Below are positions 1-8,336 of a DNA stretch of 29,063 nt, piece after piece. A model generated the notes under the pieces. It was not told the DNA's origin and made no database searches. It worked only from the letters and a program-made list of their open reading frames with translations. Position 1 is the stretch's first letter. Every line of letters starts with the position of its first letter. The translations under genes and the position numbers were made by a program. This DNA comes from Chthoniobacteraceae bacterium (GTDB taxonomy: Bacteria; Verrucomicrobiota; Verrucomicrobiia; Chthoniobacterales; Chthoniobacteraceae), in assembly GCA_040081625.1 (NCBI GenBank), contig JBEBGD010000069.1, positions 1 to 29,063 on the forward strand, written 5' to 3'.

Positions 1-668
1 TCCTTGAGCGGGGCGGGCGCCGGCGCGGCGAGTGGGGGTTTCATCGCTTTCTGCGCGACCTCCATTTTGTCGCGGGCTCCGAGCTGATCGAGCTTTCCGC
101 CGGCTTTCGCGAGCTCGGCGCCTGCTTCGTCGCGCACGGGTTTGCCGCCAGCGTCTGCCACGATCGCCGGCACTTTGGCTTCGAGCGAGACTGCCTTCTG
201 CCGGCGCAGGATTTCCGGCTGCGTGAGTTCATCGACCGCGACGTTATAGACGCTCGCGAGCTTGCTGCCGGCGAGGAACTCGCCGTGTTCGCGAAGGAGT
301 TCGCGCCAGTCGGCACGATCATTCGCGGCCTGCGGGGCCGGCGAGAGCAGGCGGCCGTCGGCGCCGAGGCTGAAGCCCACGGCCTTGCGCGGCCATGCGG
401 CGGGAAGCTTTGCGGCGAAGTCCTGCGCGAGCGTCTCGGTCGGCGCGTCTTTGAGCATCGCACGCACGGCTTCGGCGAAGGCGCGGCGTTGTTCGTCGAT
501 GAGCGCGCGCACGGCGGCGGCGAGGTTTTCCGTCTCGCGCTGGTAAAGCTCGGCGGTGCGACGCTCGAGGACGATCTTCTGCTGCTCCGCGCTGCTCAGC
601 GCCAGCCACCCGAGCACGGCGCTCGGGACGAGGACGGCGAGCAGGAAGATCCAGACACTTTTGCGCAT
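1..668 (-). CDS. N-terminal part of a membrane protein, probably a sensor histidine kinase; runs off the left edge
   Basis: Translated by hand from ATG at 668: MRKSVWIFLLAVLVPSAVLGWLALSSAEQQKIVLERRTAELYQRETENLAAAVRALIDEQRRAF..., open to position 1. One N-terminal TM helix is followed by a helical extracytoplasmic region. It resembles N-termini of verrucomicrobial sensor kinases as I recall them, but no kinase domain lies in the window. Not in the ORF track because it has no stop. Confidence 0.55.
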   Translation of the reverse strand, partial: MRKSVWIFLLAVLVPSAVLGWLALSSAEQQKIVLERRTAELYQRETENLAAAVRALIDEQRRAFAEAVRAMLKDAPTETLAQDFAAKLPAAWPRKAVGFSLGADGRLLSPAPQAANDRADWRELLREHGEFLAGSKLASVYNVAVDELTQPEILRRQKAVSLEAKVPAIVADAGGKPVRDEAGAELAKAGGKLDQLGARDKMEVAQKAMKPPLAAPAPAPLK

Positions 669-749
669 GGCGATTGCCGGAGCATGGCAGTGCCGCGGGC
701 CGGGCGCGATGCGGGAGTTGTAAAGGATTTGTGACCCTGCGCGGCCGGC

Positions 750-1952
750 TCAGTGCGAGCCGAGTTCGTGGAGCACCCACGAGTATTCGCGCGCGACGCT
801 CTTGACCACGTCGTCGGCGCGAAGCTCCGCGGGCAGCACGTCGAAGGTGTAGGTCTCGATCTCGAGGTGCGAGCAGACGCCGTTGCGCAGTTCGTGGAAG
901 AACTCGGGCGTGAGCGTCGTCACCGTCGAGCCGAGCGGGCCATTGCCGGTGAAAAAGAGCGGCACGTGGAAGTGCGTGCGGACTTCCTCAATGCCTTCGA
1001 TGGCCGGGCCTTCCTCGGTCGCGACGGGCAGGTCGAACCATGAGGCGATCGCGCCGTTGTCGAGGCGGGCCTTGGTCTGGTGCAGATAGACGGGCTCGAT
1101 GAACTGCTTCAACGCCTCCCAAGTTTCCGGTTCGCCGGGGCCGGTGAGCGCGGCGGAGAGCTGGATCTTCGAGATGCGGATGCCGGCGGCGCGATACGCG
1201 CGGAGCGCTTCGAGCGGGTCTTCGTATTGGAGCGCGACGTGGCAGGTGTCGAGGCACACGCCGAGGTGGCGGCGCACGATTTCCTCGGCGCGGGTGCCGT
1301 CGCAGCTCAGGAGTCGCGCGACTTCCACCACGCAACTGGTGAGGATGAAGTTCTCGAAATACGCGATCGTCTCGGCGGTCGTCTCGAGGAAGCAGTCGGG
1401 TTCGGGCTCGAGACCGAGGTGGATTTCCTGGCCGGTGTCGTCGCGCAACGCGGAGAGGTAGGCGACGACCACGGCGAGGTTCGTCGCAATGAGCGTGCGG
1501 TCGGCGTCGGTCTCGATCCACGGCTTGAAGGAACCCGGAACGGTGCTGATGGAGCCATCGACTTCGGGGGGGAGAAAGCTCGAGAACACGTCGGCGAGTT
1601 GCATCGTGTATTCGCGCCGTTCGATGGTCCGCCAGTCGGGCGCATAGACGTTCTCTTTCACCGGCCCGGCGTGGAAGCGGCCGTAGGGAAAGCCGTTGAT
1701 CGAGAATGGATAGAGCTGGTTGTCGGCGAAGAATTCGCGCGCCTCGTCGATCGCCGCCGCGTCGCCGGCGAGCTTGGCAGCCGCGTGCTGCGAGAGGCGC
1801 AGGCCGAGGCCGAACCATTGGTCGGGAGCCACGCGTTGTTTGACGGCCAGCGCCTTGTCCCGGATCGCCGCGAAACAATCCGCCCAGCCTTCGCCCGGAT
1901 GGATATTCAGGCAGTAGGTAAGATGGAGTGGCGGGCGATGCTGGAGAATCAT
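750..1952 (-). CDS. eboE: EboE-family TIM-barrel protein (xylose isomerase-like; metabolite traffic protein)
   Basis: Motifs HLTYCLNIHPGE, SINGFPYGRFH...VKENVYAPDW, LGLEPEPDC, HLGVCLDTCH, KIQLSAAL, EPVYLHQT, RTHFHVPLF and HLEIETYTF; ebo gene context. Confidence 0.88.
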   Translation of the reverse strand: MILQHRPPLHLTYCLNIHPGEGWADCFAAIRDKALAVKQRVAPDQWFGLGLRLSQHAAAKLAGDAAAIDEAREFFADNQLYPFSINGFPYGRFHAGPVKENVYAPDWRTIERREYTMQLADVFSSFLPPEVDGSISTVPGSFKPWIETDADRTLIATNLAVVVAYLSALRDDTGQEIHLGLEPEPDCFLETTAETIAYFENFILTSCVVEVARLLSCDGTRAEEIVRRHLGVCLDTCHVALQYEDPLEALRAYRAAGIRISKIQLSAALTGPGEPETWEALKQFIEPVYLHQTKARLDNGAIASWFDLPVATEEGPAIEGIEEVRTHFHVPLFFTGNGPLGSTVTTLTPEFFHELRNGVCSHLEIETYTFDVLPAELRADDVVKSVAREYSWVLHELGSH

Positions 1953-1967
1953 GGGGCCAGCCCGACG

Positions 1968-3137
1968 TTAGCTGGAAAGATGCCGCAGGGCGAGAATCGA
2001 TTGCTCCATGAGGGGGAGGTCGATCTCGTGGACCTCGTGCCGGGCGCCCAATCCTCGCGGGAAAGTGACGGTCAATTCGCCCCCGAGATGCTCGCGGAAG
2101 TCCTCCAGCCCGGCGAAGACCTCGCGCCGTCCCATGGCGTCGCGGCGATCGAATTCGTCGAACCAAAGGGTGAATCCGCTCTTGCGCAGGCCACGGGCGA
2201 TCTGGTCGAGCTCGCCTTCGCTGAGCCAGCCCTGCCGCTGCGCGTAGATCGAGTCGAGCAGCACGCCGGCGGCGACCGCTTCGCCGTGGGAGATGGCGAA
2301 GCCGGACAGCAGCTCGAGCTTGTGCGCGCTCCAGTGGCCGAAATCGAGCGGCCTCGCGCGGCCATACTCGAACGGGTCGCCACCGGTGCGGATGTGCTCG
2401 AGGTGAATCTCCGCGCAGCGCCTCACGAGCGCCTCCATCGTGGCATCGTCGCGTGCGGGGAATTTCGGCGCGTGCGCCGTGAGCCAGTCGAAGAACGGAC
2501 GGTCGCGGATGATCGACACTTTCCAGCCCTCGGCCACGCCGCAGAGCCAGTCGCGCAGCGGCAGGGTGCGGAGGAACTCGAAGTCGTTCAGCACCGCGAA
2601 CGGTGGCGCGAAGGTGCCGAGCGCGTTCTTCCCGCCGAGGAAGTTCACGCCGTTCTTCACGCCGACGCCGGCGTCGTTCTGCCCGAGCACGGTCGTCGGC
2701 ACGCGCACCTGCCGCAGGCCGCGGTGCACGAGCGCCGCGGCGAGGCCGACGGCATCCATCACGGCTCCGCCGCCGACGATGATGACGAACGACTGGCGGT
2801 CGAGATGCTGGCCGAGGAGCTGGCGCATGAAGCCATCGACGAGAGCGAAGTCGTTCTTCACCGCCTCGCCGCCGGGCACGATCTGCACCTCGCCGGCGAG
2901 GGCGATCCGGTCGCGATGCGCGGCGAAGTAGCCGCTGATCTCGGCGGGCAGGTGAGGGAGCGCCTGGGCGACGTTCGCGTCCACGAAGACCATCGCGCGG
3001 TGGCAGCGAAACTCGGCCTTGCGGTCGAGCATCGCGGCGAGCACCGGATTGTCCGGCCGGAAAAGTCCGTGCGTGAACACGACGGGAAAGTCCCACTCGA
3101 CGCTGATGCGCTGGGTCACGACGTGCGTCGATTTCAT
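1968..3137 (-). CDS. eboD: 3-dehydroquinate synthase-like sugar phosphate cyclase (EboD type), 389 aa
   Basis: Real start is MKSTHVVTQRISV at ATG 3137, an ATGA overlap with the eboF stop. Motifs GGEAVKN, GGGAVMDAVG, RVPTTVLGQNDAGVGVKNGVN, KNALGTFAPP, PFEYGRARPLDFGHWSAHKLE and HGEAVA. Confidence 0.85.
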   Translation of the reverse strand: MKSTHVVTQRISVEWDFPVVFTHGLFRPDNPVLAAMLDRKAEFRCHRAMVFVDANVAQALPHLPAEISGYFAAHRDRIALAGEVQIVPGGEAVKNDFALVDGFMRQLLGQHLDRQSFVIIVGGGAVMDAVGLAAALVHRGLRQVRVPTTVLGQNDAGVGVKNGVNFLGGKNALGTFAPPFAVLNDFEFLRTLPLRDWLCGVAEGWKVSIIRDRPFFDWLTAHAPKFPARDDATMEALVRRCAEIHLEHIRTGGDPFEYGRARPLDFGHWSAHKLELLSGFAISHGEAVAAGVLLDSIYAQRQGWLSEGELDQIARGLRKSGFTLWFDEFDRRDAMGRREVFAGLEDFREHLGGELTVTFPRGLGARHEVHEIDLPLMEQSILALRHLSS

Positions 3138-4441
3138 GCGCGTGCCTCCATCCACTCTTGCACGCGCGCCGCGAGATCGAGCGCCGACGCGGGCTGTGAC
3201 TCGAAGGCGAGCGACGACATCCACGCGACTTCGCCGTCCGCGCCGTGCGTGCCGTGGATCTTCGTCGTGTCGAAGCTGACGCTGCCGGGCGGCCAGCCGA
3301 AGTAGAGTTCGCATGGGTCGTAGCCGGGCTTGTTGTGGATGTCCACGTGGCTCGCGTAATCGGGCGCCGTCGCTTTCTCGAACCACGGGTAGGCGAACCA
3401 TGTCCCGCGCTCCGCCACGATCAGCAGATCGCCGCTGCGCCTGTGGCCGAGCCCGCGCGCGCGCTGTTGCTCGCGCGTGAGCACCTCGGCGACGCCGGGC
3501 AGTTTCGCGAGCACGTCGGCGGCGGCAGCGCGCGAGTCGTCGCCGCGGCAATACACATTCGCGACCTGATGATCGACGACGGCGAACGCGCGGCTGCTGA
3601 AGAAGTCGGTGTAGTCCATCTTCTTGATCGCACGCGGCGTGAACAGGCCCGCCTCGCGCAGTGCGCGGTTCGGGAAGACGGCGCCGCGCTGGGTGGACTC
3701 GATCGCGTAGTCGCCGACGAAGATGAAGTCGTAGTCGTGCTCGGCGCACGCTGCCTTGAGCCGCGTGATGTAGCCGAGCACCACGTCGAGTGCCTTGCGC
3801 GCGGGCTCGCCTTCGGGGCCGTGGCGCTGGAGATCGTAGTCGAGGTGCGGGACGTAGGTCAGGAGCAAGTCGGGCGCGTATTTCGGCGCGCCCATCACGC
3901 CGCAGATCGCATCGACGATCCAGTCGCTCGACTTGTGGTTCGCGAGCGGGCCCCAGTAGTTCATGAGGTTGAAGGGCCGGCCGATGATTTCGTTGAGGGC
4001 GCCCTCGAGCGCGGCGGGCTGCGTGTAGCAGCTCTGGATCATGCCGCCGCTGTGCTTGTGGATCGGCGCAGGCGTCGCGATGAGATCCACGTCTTCGCCC
4101 ATGCTCTGCTGCCAGAACATCATGCCGACCTTCCCGCCGCGTGCGCGGAAGCTTTCCCAGATGCGCGGTCCCTCGACGAGCGACGCGCTTTGCTCCCAGA
4201 AGAGGACCTTCGTGAGGTCTCGGAAGAAGAGTCCGTTTGCGATGAGGCCGTGTTCGCGTGGCGTCGCGCCGGTGCGGAAGCTCGCCTGGAAGACGCTCGT
4301 GAGTCCGGGGAAGACCGGCGCGGCGGGATGAAAGTCGGCGCGGTCGCGCACGAGGTTCCAGCCGAGTGCGGCGAATTGGACGACGAGGAGTTTGCGAGGT
4401 TTGGGCACGGAGAGGGGCGCTAGAAAAGCATGATTCGCCAT
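3134..4441 (-). CDS. eboF: Alkaline phosphatase superfamily / nucleotide pyrophosphatase-phosphodiesterase (EboF type); alternative GTG start at 4408
   Basis: Motifs FPGLT...TG..P.EHG.IANG, FWEQS, YWGPLA, YVPHLDYDLQRHGP, AFAVVDHQVA, VDIHNKPGYDPCEL and HGTHG; ebo gene context. Confidence 0.82.
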   Translation of the reverse strand: MANHAFLAPLSVPKPRKLLVVQFAALGWNLVRDRADFHPAAPVFPGLTSVFQASFRTGATPREHGLIANGLFFRDLTKVLFWEQSASLVEGPRIWESFRARGGKVGMMFWQQSMGEDVDLIATPAPIHKHSGGMIQSCYTQPAALEGALNEIIGRPFNLMNYWGPLANHKSSDWIVDAICGVMGAPKYAPDLLLTYVPHLDYDLQRHGPEGEPARKALDVVLGYITRLKAACAEHDYDFIFVGDYAIESTQRGAVFPNRALREAGLFTPRAIKKMDYTDFFSSRAFAVVDHQVANVYCRGDDSRAAAADVLAKLPGVAEVLTREQQRARGLGHRRSGDLLIVAERGTWFAYPWFEKATAPDYASHVDIHNKPGYDPCELYFGWPPGSVSFDTTKIHGTHGADGEVAWMSSLAFESQPASALDLAARVQEWMEARA

Positions 4442-4484
4442 GCGCGCCAGCTTGCTGGCGGTGTGGGGAGATTTTCCCTAAGCC

Positions 4485-5423
4485 TCAGCTCGCGTAGAAG
4501 CGCCGCCCGACCGCGCGCGCAACCGGCAGTGTGAGGAGCAGGCCGGCGGCGACGATCATCGCGTGTGCCGACGCCGGATACACGAGGCACAGCGCGGCCT
4601 GCACGACGAGCAGCACACGGATGAGCGCGCCGATGACCGGCGGCAAGGGCGGCGCGTCCGCGCGGAAGAGCCCGCCGACTTGCGCGGAGACGATGACGAC
4701 GGCGGCCGCGAGGACGGTGGCGACGGCTGATTGGAAGGGCCGCATGGAGAGCGAGGAGAGCAGCACCAGAGCGCCGAGCAGGGGGGCGAGCGGGAGCATC
4801 TTCGCGAGCGGCGGCGCCGATGCCCGTGTCTCGTGCCGGGCGAGATTCGTCACCGCAGCGATGTAGAGCGCGATGAGCACGCCGCCGGCAAACACGGGAA
4901 CGGGCATCGGCCGGATCTGCCCGAGGCACGCGACCGAGCCGAGCAGCAGGCTCAGCCCGCGACACGCGCCCATCATCAACGCGCCGATCACGGGCGTGCG
5001 CTTGAGCCCGCCATTGTAGAGCGCGATGAAGGTCGCGAGCACGACTGCGGCGACGAGGCCGTGCTTTCCCGCGACCGCGGCCATCGCGCTGATGCCCGCG
5101 AACGCGAGCGCGGCGCACGCGAGCGATGCGGCCCGGCGTGAAATGGCGCCGCTCGTGAGCGGCCGATCCGGGCGTTCGCGCTGATCTTCCGCGAAGTCGC
5201 ACAGGTCGTTCATCGCGAGGCCGGCCGCGTAAAGGCAGAGGCTCGCGAACACCGCGACCGCGGCGCGCGGCTCGAGCAACGCCGTGCCGGCGTGCGTGAA
5301 GCCGTAGGCGAGGAGAAAGCCCGCGAGCGGATCGCCGGGAACGGTGAAAAGATTCGGGACGCGGAAAAGCTGGAGCCAGTGTCGTAGTGCGGAGTTCTTA
5401 CTCATACTGTTGCGCTTACTCAT
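4485..5423 (-). CDS. eboC: UbiA-family prenyltransferase (EboC type); start at 5423 or 5405
   Basis: Motifs WLQLFRVPNLFTVPGD.LAG, Asp-rich NDLCDFAEDQRERPDRPLTSG, LYNGGLK and MGACRGL; many TM helices. The 5' extension in the ORF track overlaps hldD and is not credible. Confidence 0.85.
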   Translation of the reverse strand: MSKRNSMSKNSALRHWLQLFRVPNLFTVPGDPLAGFLLAYGFTHAGTALLEPRAAVAVFASLCLYAAGLAMNDLCDFAEDQRERPDRPLTSGAISRRAASLACAALAFAGISAMAAVAGKHGLVAAVVLATFIALYNGGLKRTPVIGALMMGACRGLSLLLGSVACLGQIRPMPVPVFAGGVLIALYIAAVTNLARHETRASAPPLAKMLPLAPLLGALVLLSSLSMRPFQSAVATVLAAAVVIVSAQVGGLFRADAPPLPPVIGALIRVLLVVQAALCLVYPASAHAMIVAAGLLLTLPVARAVGRRFYAS

Positions 5424-5461
5424 ACGCTCCGCGGTCAAAGGCGAGTAAGAGTATGAGTAAG
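5397..5461. repeat. Hexamer-based inverted repeat element at the divergent eboC/hldD junction
   Basis: CTTACTCATAC occurs at 5397-5407 and 5415-5425. Its exact reverse complement GTATGAGTAAG lies at 5451-5461, within the hexamer run GAGTAA-GAGTAT-GAGTAA-G (5443-5461). Confidence 0.85.
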
Positions 5462-5523
5462 GTTGCTGCCGTGCGCGGGCTTGACGCTCCGCGCCCGCCC
5501 GTCGAAGACGCCCTTCTCTTTCC

Positions 5524-6522
5524 ATGCTCGAAACCAAACGCATCCTCATCACCGGCGGCGCCGGCTTCATCGGCAGCGCGCTCGTGTGGGCGCTCAACCA
5601 GCGCGGGATCGACAACATCCTCGTGGCCGACCTGCTGCGCACCGACGAGAAGTGGAAGAACCTCGTGCCGCTGCGTTTCTCCGATTACATCGAAGGCGAC
5701 GACCTGCTGCGGCTCGCGCGCGAGAACAGCAAGCAGCTCGCGGACATCGGCTGCGTCTTCCACCTCGGCGCGTGCAGCAGCACCACCGAGCGCGACGCGG
5801 GCTACCTCATCCGCAACAACTACGAAACCACGCGCGACCTCGCGGCGTGGGCCCTCGGCGCGGGCGCGAGATTCGTCTATGCCTCGAGCGCCGCGACCTA
5901 CGGCGACGGCGCCGCCGGCATGAGTGACAGCGCGGAGCTGACCACGCTGCGCCCGCTGAACATGTATGGCTACTCGAAGCACCTCTTCGACCTCCACTCG
6001 CGGCGCTCCGGCCTGCTCGATCGCATCGTCGGCGTGAAATACTTCAACGTCTTCGGCCCGAACGAAGCGCACAAAGCCGACATGCGCAGCCTCGTCCACA
6101 AAGCCTACGGGCAGGTCGTCGAGACCGGCGCGATCAAGCTCTTCGCGAGCGACCGTCCCGACTACGCCGACGGCGAGCAGAAGCGCGACTTCCTCTACGT
6201 GAAGGACGCCGTCGCGATGACGCTGCACCTCGCCGAGACGCCGGACGCGAGCGGCCTCTACAATCTCGGCAGCGGTGAGGCGAACTCCTGGAACACGCTC
6301 GCCCGAGCGATCTTCGCCGCGCTCGGCCGCGAGCCGAAGATCGAATACATCCCGATGCCCGAGGAACTGCGCGCGAAGTATCAATACTTCACGCAGGCCG
6401 ACATCGCGAAACTGCGCGCCAGCGGCTACGCCCGCGCCCTCACGCCGCTCGCCGAGTCCGTCGCCGACTACGTGAAGAACTACCTCGTTCCCGGCCGGTA
6501 TCTCGGCGACGAAGGGGCCTGA
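5524..6522 (+). CDS. hldD: ADP-L-glycero-D-manno-heptose 6-epimerase
   Basis: Motifs ILITGGAGFIGS, FHLGACSSTTE, YASSAATYGDG, PLNMYGYSKH (YxxxK), YFNVFGPNE.HK..M.S, GEQKRDFLYVKD and KYQYFTQAD. Confidence 0.93.
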   Translation: MLETKRILITGGAGFIGSALVWALNQRGIDNILVADLLRTDEKWKNLVPLRFSDYIEGDDLLRLARENSKQLADIGCVFHLGACSSTTERDAGYLIRNNYETTRDLAAWALGAGARFVYASSAATYGDGAAGMSDSAELTTLRPLNMYGYSKHLFDLHSRRSGLLDRIVGVKYFNVFGPNEAHKADMRSLVHKAYGQVVETGAIKLFASDRPDYADGEQKRDFLYVKDAVAMTLHLAETPDASGLYNLGSGEANSWNTLARAIFAALGREPKIEYIPMPEELRAKYQYFTQADIAKLRASGYARALTPLAESVADYVKNYLVPGRYLGDEGA

Positions 6523-6531
6523 CGCGCCCGG

Positions 6532-8064
6532 CTATTTCGCCGCGAACTTGAACCCGACGTAGGCGGTCGAGCTGATGCCGAGCAGCGTCATGAGCGTCGC
6601 GTCGAAGTCCGGCATCGTCCACGTCGCGACGGTCTGCCACGCAAAGACGACACCGAGCACGCCGTTCCAGACGATCATTTGCAGGCGTGCGACTTCCGGC
6701 TCGCCGCGCTCGGAGATGATATCCGAAAGCAGCCCCCGGCTTTCCTCCGGCTCCGACTCGGCCGGCGCGGGTGCGTCGCCGTCGCGCACGACTTTTTGCT
6801 TCGGCGCAAGCGTGGCTGTCAGCAGCGTGGCGCCGTTGATCCCGAGCAGGATCACCGCGGTCGCGCTCAGGTTGTTCACGTTGTCAGTCATCGTCCAGAC
6901 GTAGAGAAAGCTCGCGGTGCAAAGCATCAGCCACCACGCGAGCGTCACGCGGGAGAGACTCCACGGCGCCTTCTTCGACGCGGGAAGCTTCGGATGGCGC
7001 GGGTCGCGGAGCACGGTCGTGAAGTGTGCGAGCACGAGCACCAGCATAAGCACCTGAAGAGCGGCGCCGATCGCGAGCCCCTTCATCACGCCTGGCCGCA
7101 GGGCGAGGGTGAAGCTCTGTGCGTTCGCCGTGTCGGTCGTTGTCGCGTCGCCGGAAGCGCCCGCCGTGGCGAGCAGCTTGCGATTGTTCGCGTTCACCTC
7201 GGTCGGCAGGCGCAGCCAGTTGTCGCCTACCTTGAGCGCCACGGTGATCGGCGCCTGACATTGATCGCCGACCATGCGCACGAGTTCGCCCCAAGCGGCG
7301 TGTTCGGTCTCGCCCGGCTGCACCTTGAAGACGAAAAGATTGAAAGAATCGGCGCCGTGCATGGTCTGCGCGCTCACATCGAACGGCGCGAGCGACTCGA
7401 AGATGCGCCCGGCAATCACGAGCCGCACCTGGCTGCGCAGCGCGAAATTCCACGCGGAGTATCGGCCATTCACCACGGGATAGTAGCCGCGCAGCCGGCC
7501 TTGCTCCTTCACCAGTTCCTCATGCCCTGCGTCGGCTGCGCGCTTGTTGATCTCGGCGATCTTTTCCTCGCGCGCCTTTTTCGCGTCCGCGGAGAGCGCG
7601 GCCTCGGCGTCCTTGGAGATCACGATCTTTTTCAGCTCCGCCTCGCGCGTGCGGGCAGCAAGCGCGTCGGCGAGCATCGTCGCGTAATCGTCGGCGCCGC
7701 GATTCATCCCGCCGTCCCATTCCTGGAGTTCGAGCAGCGTGAACATCGTGCCCATCGCCTTCGGTTCGGCGTAGGCGGCATCCATGATCCATCGGTCGAA
7801 GTTGCGAACCGCGAGCGTCAGCACGGGCCAGCGCAACGACTGCTCATGCGCTCTCACGACGAGCCTGCCGTCGGGGGCTGCCGTGGCCCAGCCGAGTTGC
7901 GCGCGGTGCGTCTCGACCTCGCGTCCATCGGACGCTGCGCTGCGCTCGAGCGGCACCGGTGGCGGCGGCGAAAGCACGATGGCTGCGGAATAGATGCCCG
8001 CGCCGAGCATCGGCAAAAAGAACAGAACGGCGAACAACCAGGTCGGGAGCTTGGGAGTATTCAT
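6532..8064 (-). CDS. Uncharacterised membrane protein: N-terminal TM, coiled-coil and beta region, then a multi-TM C-terminal domain
   Basis: 510-aa ORF with a hydrophobic N-terminus, a charged helical segment (AREEKIAEINKRAAD) and C-terminal TM segments PWSLSRVTLAWW...LLGING and VARLQMIVW...MPDFDATLMTLLGISS. Confidence 0.75.
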   Translation of the reverse strand: MNTPKLPTWLFAVLFFLPMLGAGIYSAAIVLSPPPPVPLERSAASDGREVETHRAQLGWATAAPDGRLVVRAHEQSLRWPVLTLAVRNFDRWIMDAAYAEPKAMGTMFTLLELQEWDGGMNRGADDYATMLADALAARTREAELKKIVISKDAEAALSADAKKAREEKIAEINKRAADAGHEELVKEQGRLRGYYPVVNGRYSAWNFALRSQVRLVIAGRIFESLAPFDVSAQTMHGADSFNLFVFKVQPGETEHAAWGELVRMVGDQCQAPITVALKVGDNWLRLPTEVNANNRKLLATAGASGDATTTDTANAQSFTLALRPGVMKGLAIGAALQVLMLVLVLAHFTTVLRDPRHPKLPASKKAPWSLSRVTLAWWLMLCTASFLYVWTMTDNVNNLSATAVILLGINGATLLTATLAPKQKVVRDGDAPAPAESEPEESRGLLSDIISERGEPEVARLQMIVWNGVLGVVFAWQTVATWTMPDFDATLMTLLGISSTAYVGFKFAAK

Positions 8065-8148
8065 AGGCGGAACCTGCGCACCCTTGAGCCAGAAACCCGC
8101 GTCCGTGCCAAGTGCAAAGCCCCGTGCTGGCGAGCGGCCCCGCCGCGC

Positions 8149-8333
8149 CTAATCCCCGTCGCGGGCGCCGACGGCGGGCGTGTGCGGGCCGATCTCGTCT
8201 TCAGCCCACTTGCCGTGCTCACTCTCGCTGACTCTCGCTGGCTTCAAGTCGAGCACCCTTTAATAAAAGGCGTGGGCGCGCATGAGATCGGTGACGGCGT
8301 GGCAGAGAAGGCGATCCCTGAGACGTGCAGCAT
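8149..8333 (-). pseudogene. Degraded VOC / glyoxalase-bleomycin resistance family gene
   Basis: ATG at 8333 gives MLHVSGIAFS. After a frameshift near 8304-8306 the second frame reads CHAVTDLMRAHAFY*RVLDLKPARVSESEHGKWAEDEIGPHTPAVG, with TAA at 8260-8262. This matches the VOC pattern IAF..Y.V.D..RA.AFY..VLGL....W.EY.IG..T.A.G. Confidence 0.65.
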
Positions 8334-8336
8334 GGG

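Noticed and set aside
1566..1572. G7 homopolymer in eboE as a phase-variation tract
   Set aside because: Short and expected by chance at this GC content; the frame is intact.
1968..3137. Housekeeping aroB
   Set aside because: The context (eboC/E/F) and the ARPLDFGHWSAHKLE signature fit the EboD clade; no aro genes are nearby.
988..3305. Long alternative ORFs (702 aa minus, 741 aa plus) over eboE/eboD
   Set aside because: Shadow frames caused by high GC3; no recognisable motifs, and they overlap well-supported genes.
3138..3749. ORF-track N-terminal extension of eboD (likewise for eboC, the NTase, DUF1501 #1/#2 and DUF1553 #2)
   Set aside because: The extensions overlap neighbouring genes. 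Internal ATGs give ATGA coupling or proper signal peptides.
5481..5510. sigma70 promoter for hldD (TTGACG)
   Set aside because: A plausible -35 box but no convincing -10 at the proper spacing.
8189..8291. Nested short inverted repeats (CCGATCTC/GAGATCGG, GCCCAC/GTGGGC, GTGCTC/GAGCAC) suggesting a structured ncRNA or attC site
   Set aside because: Stems are only 6-8 bp in GC-rich DNA, there are no attC core motifs, and the region is better explained as a VOC pseudogene.
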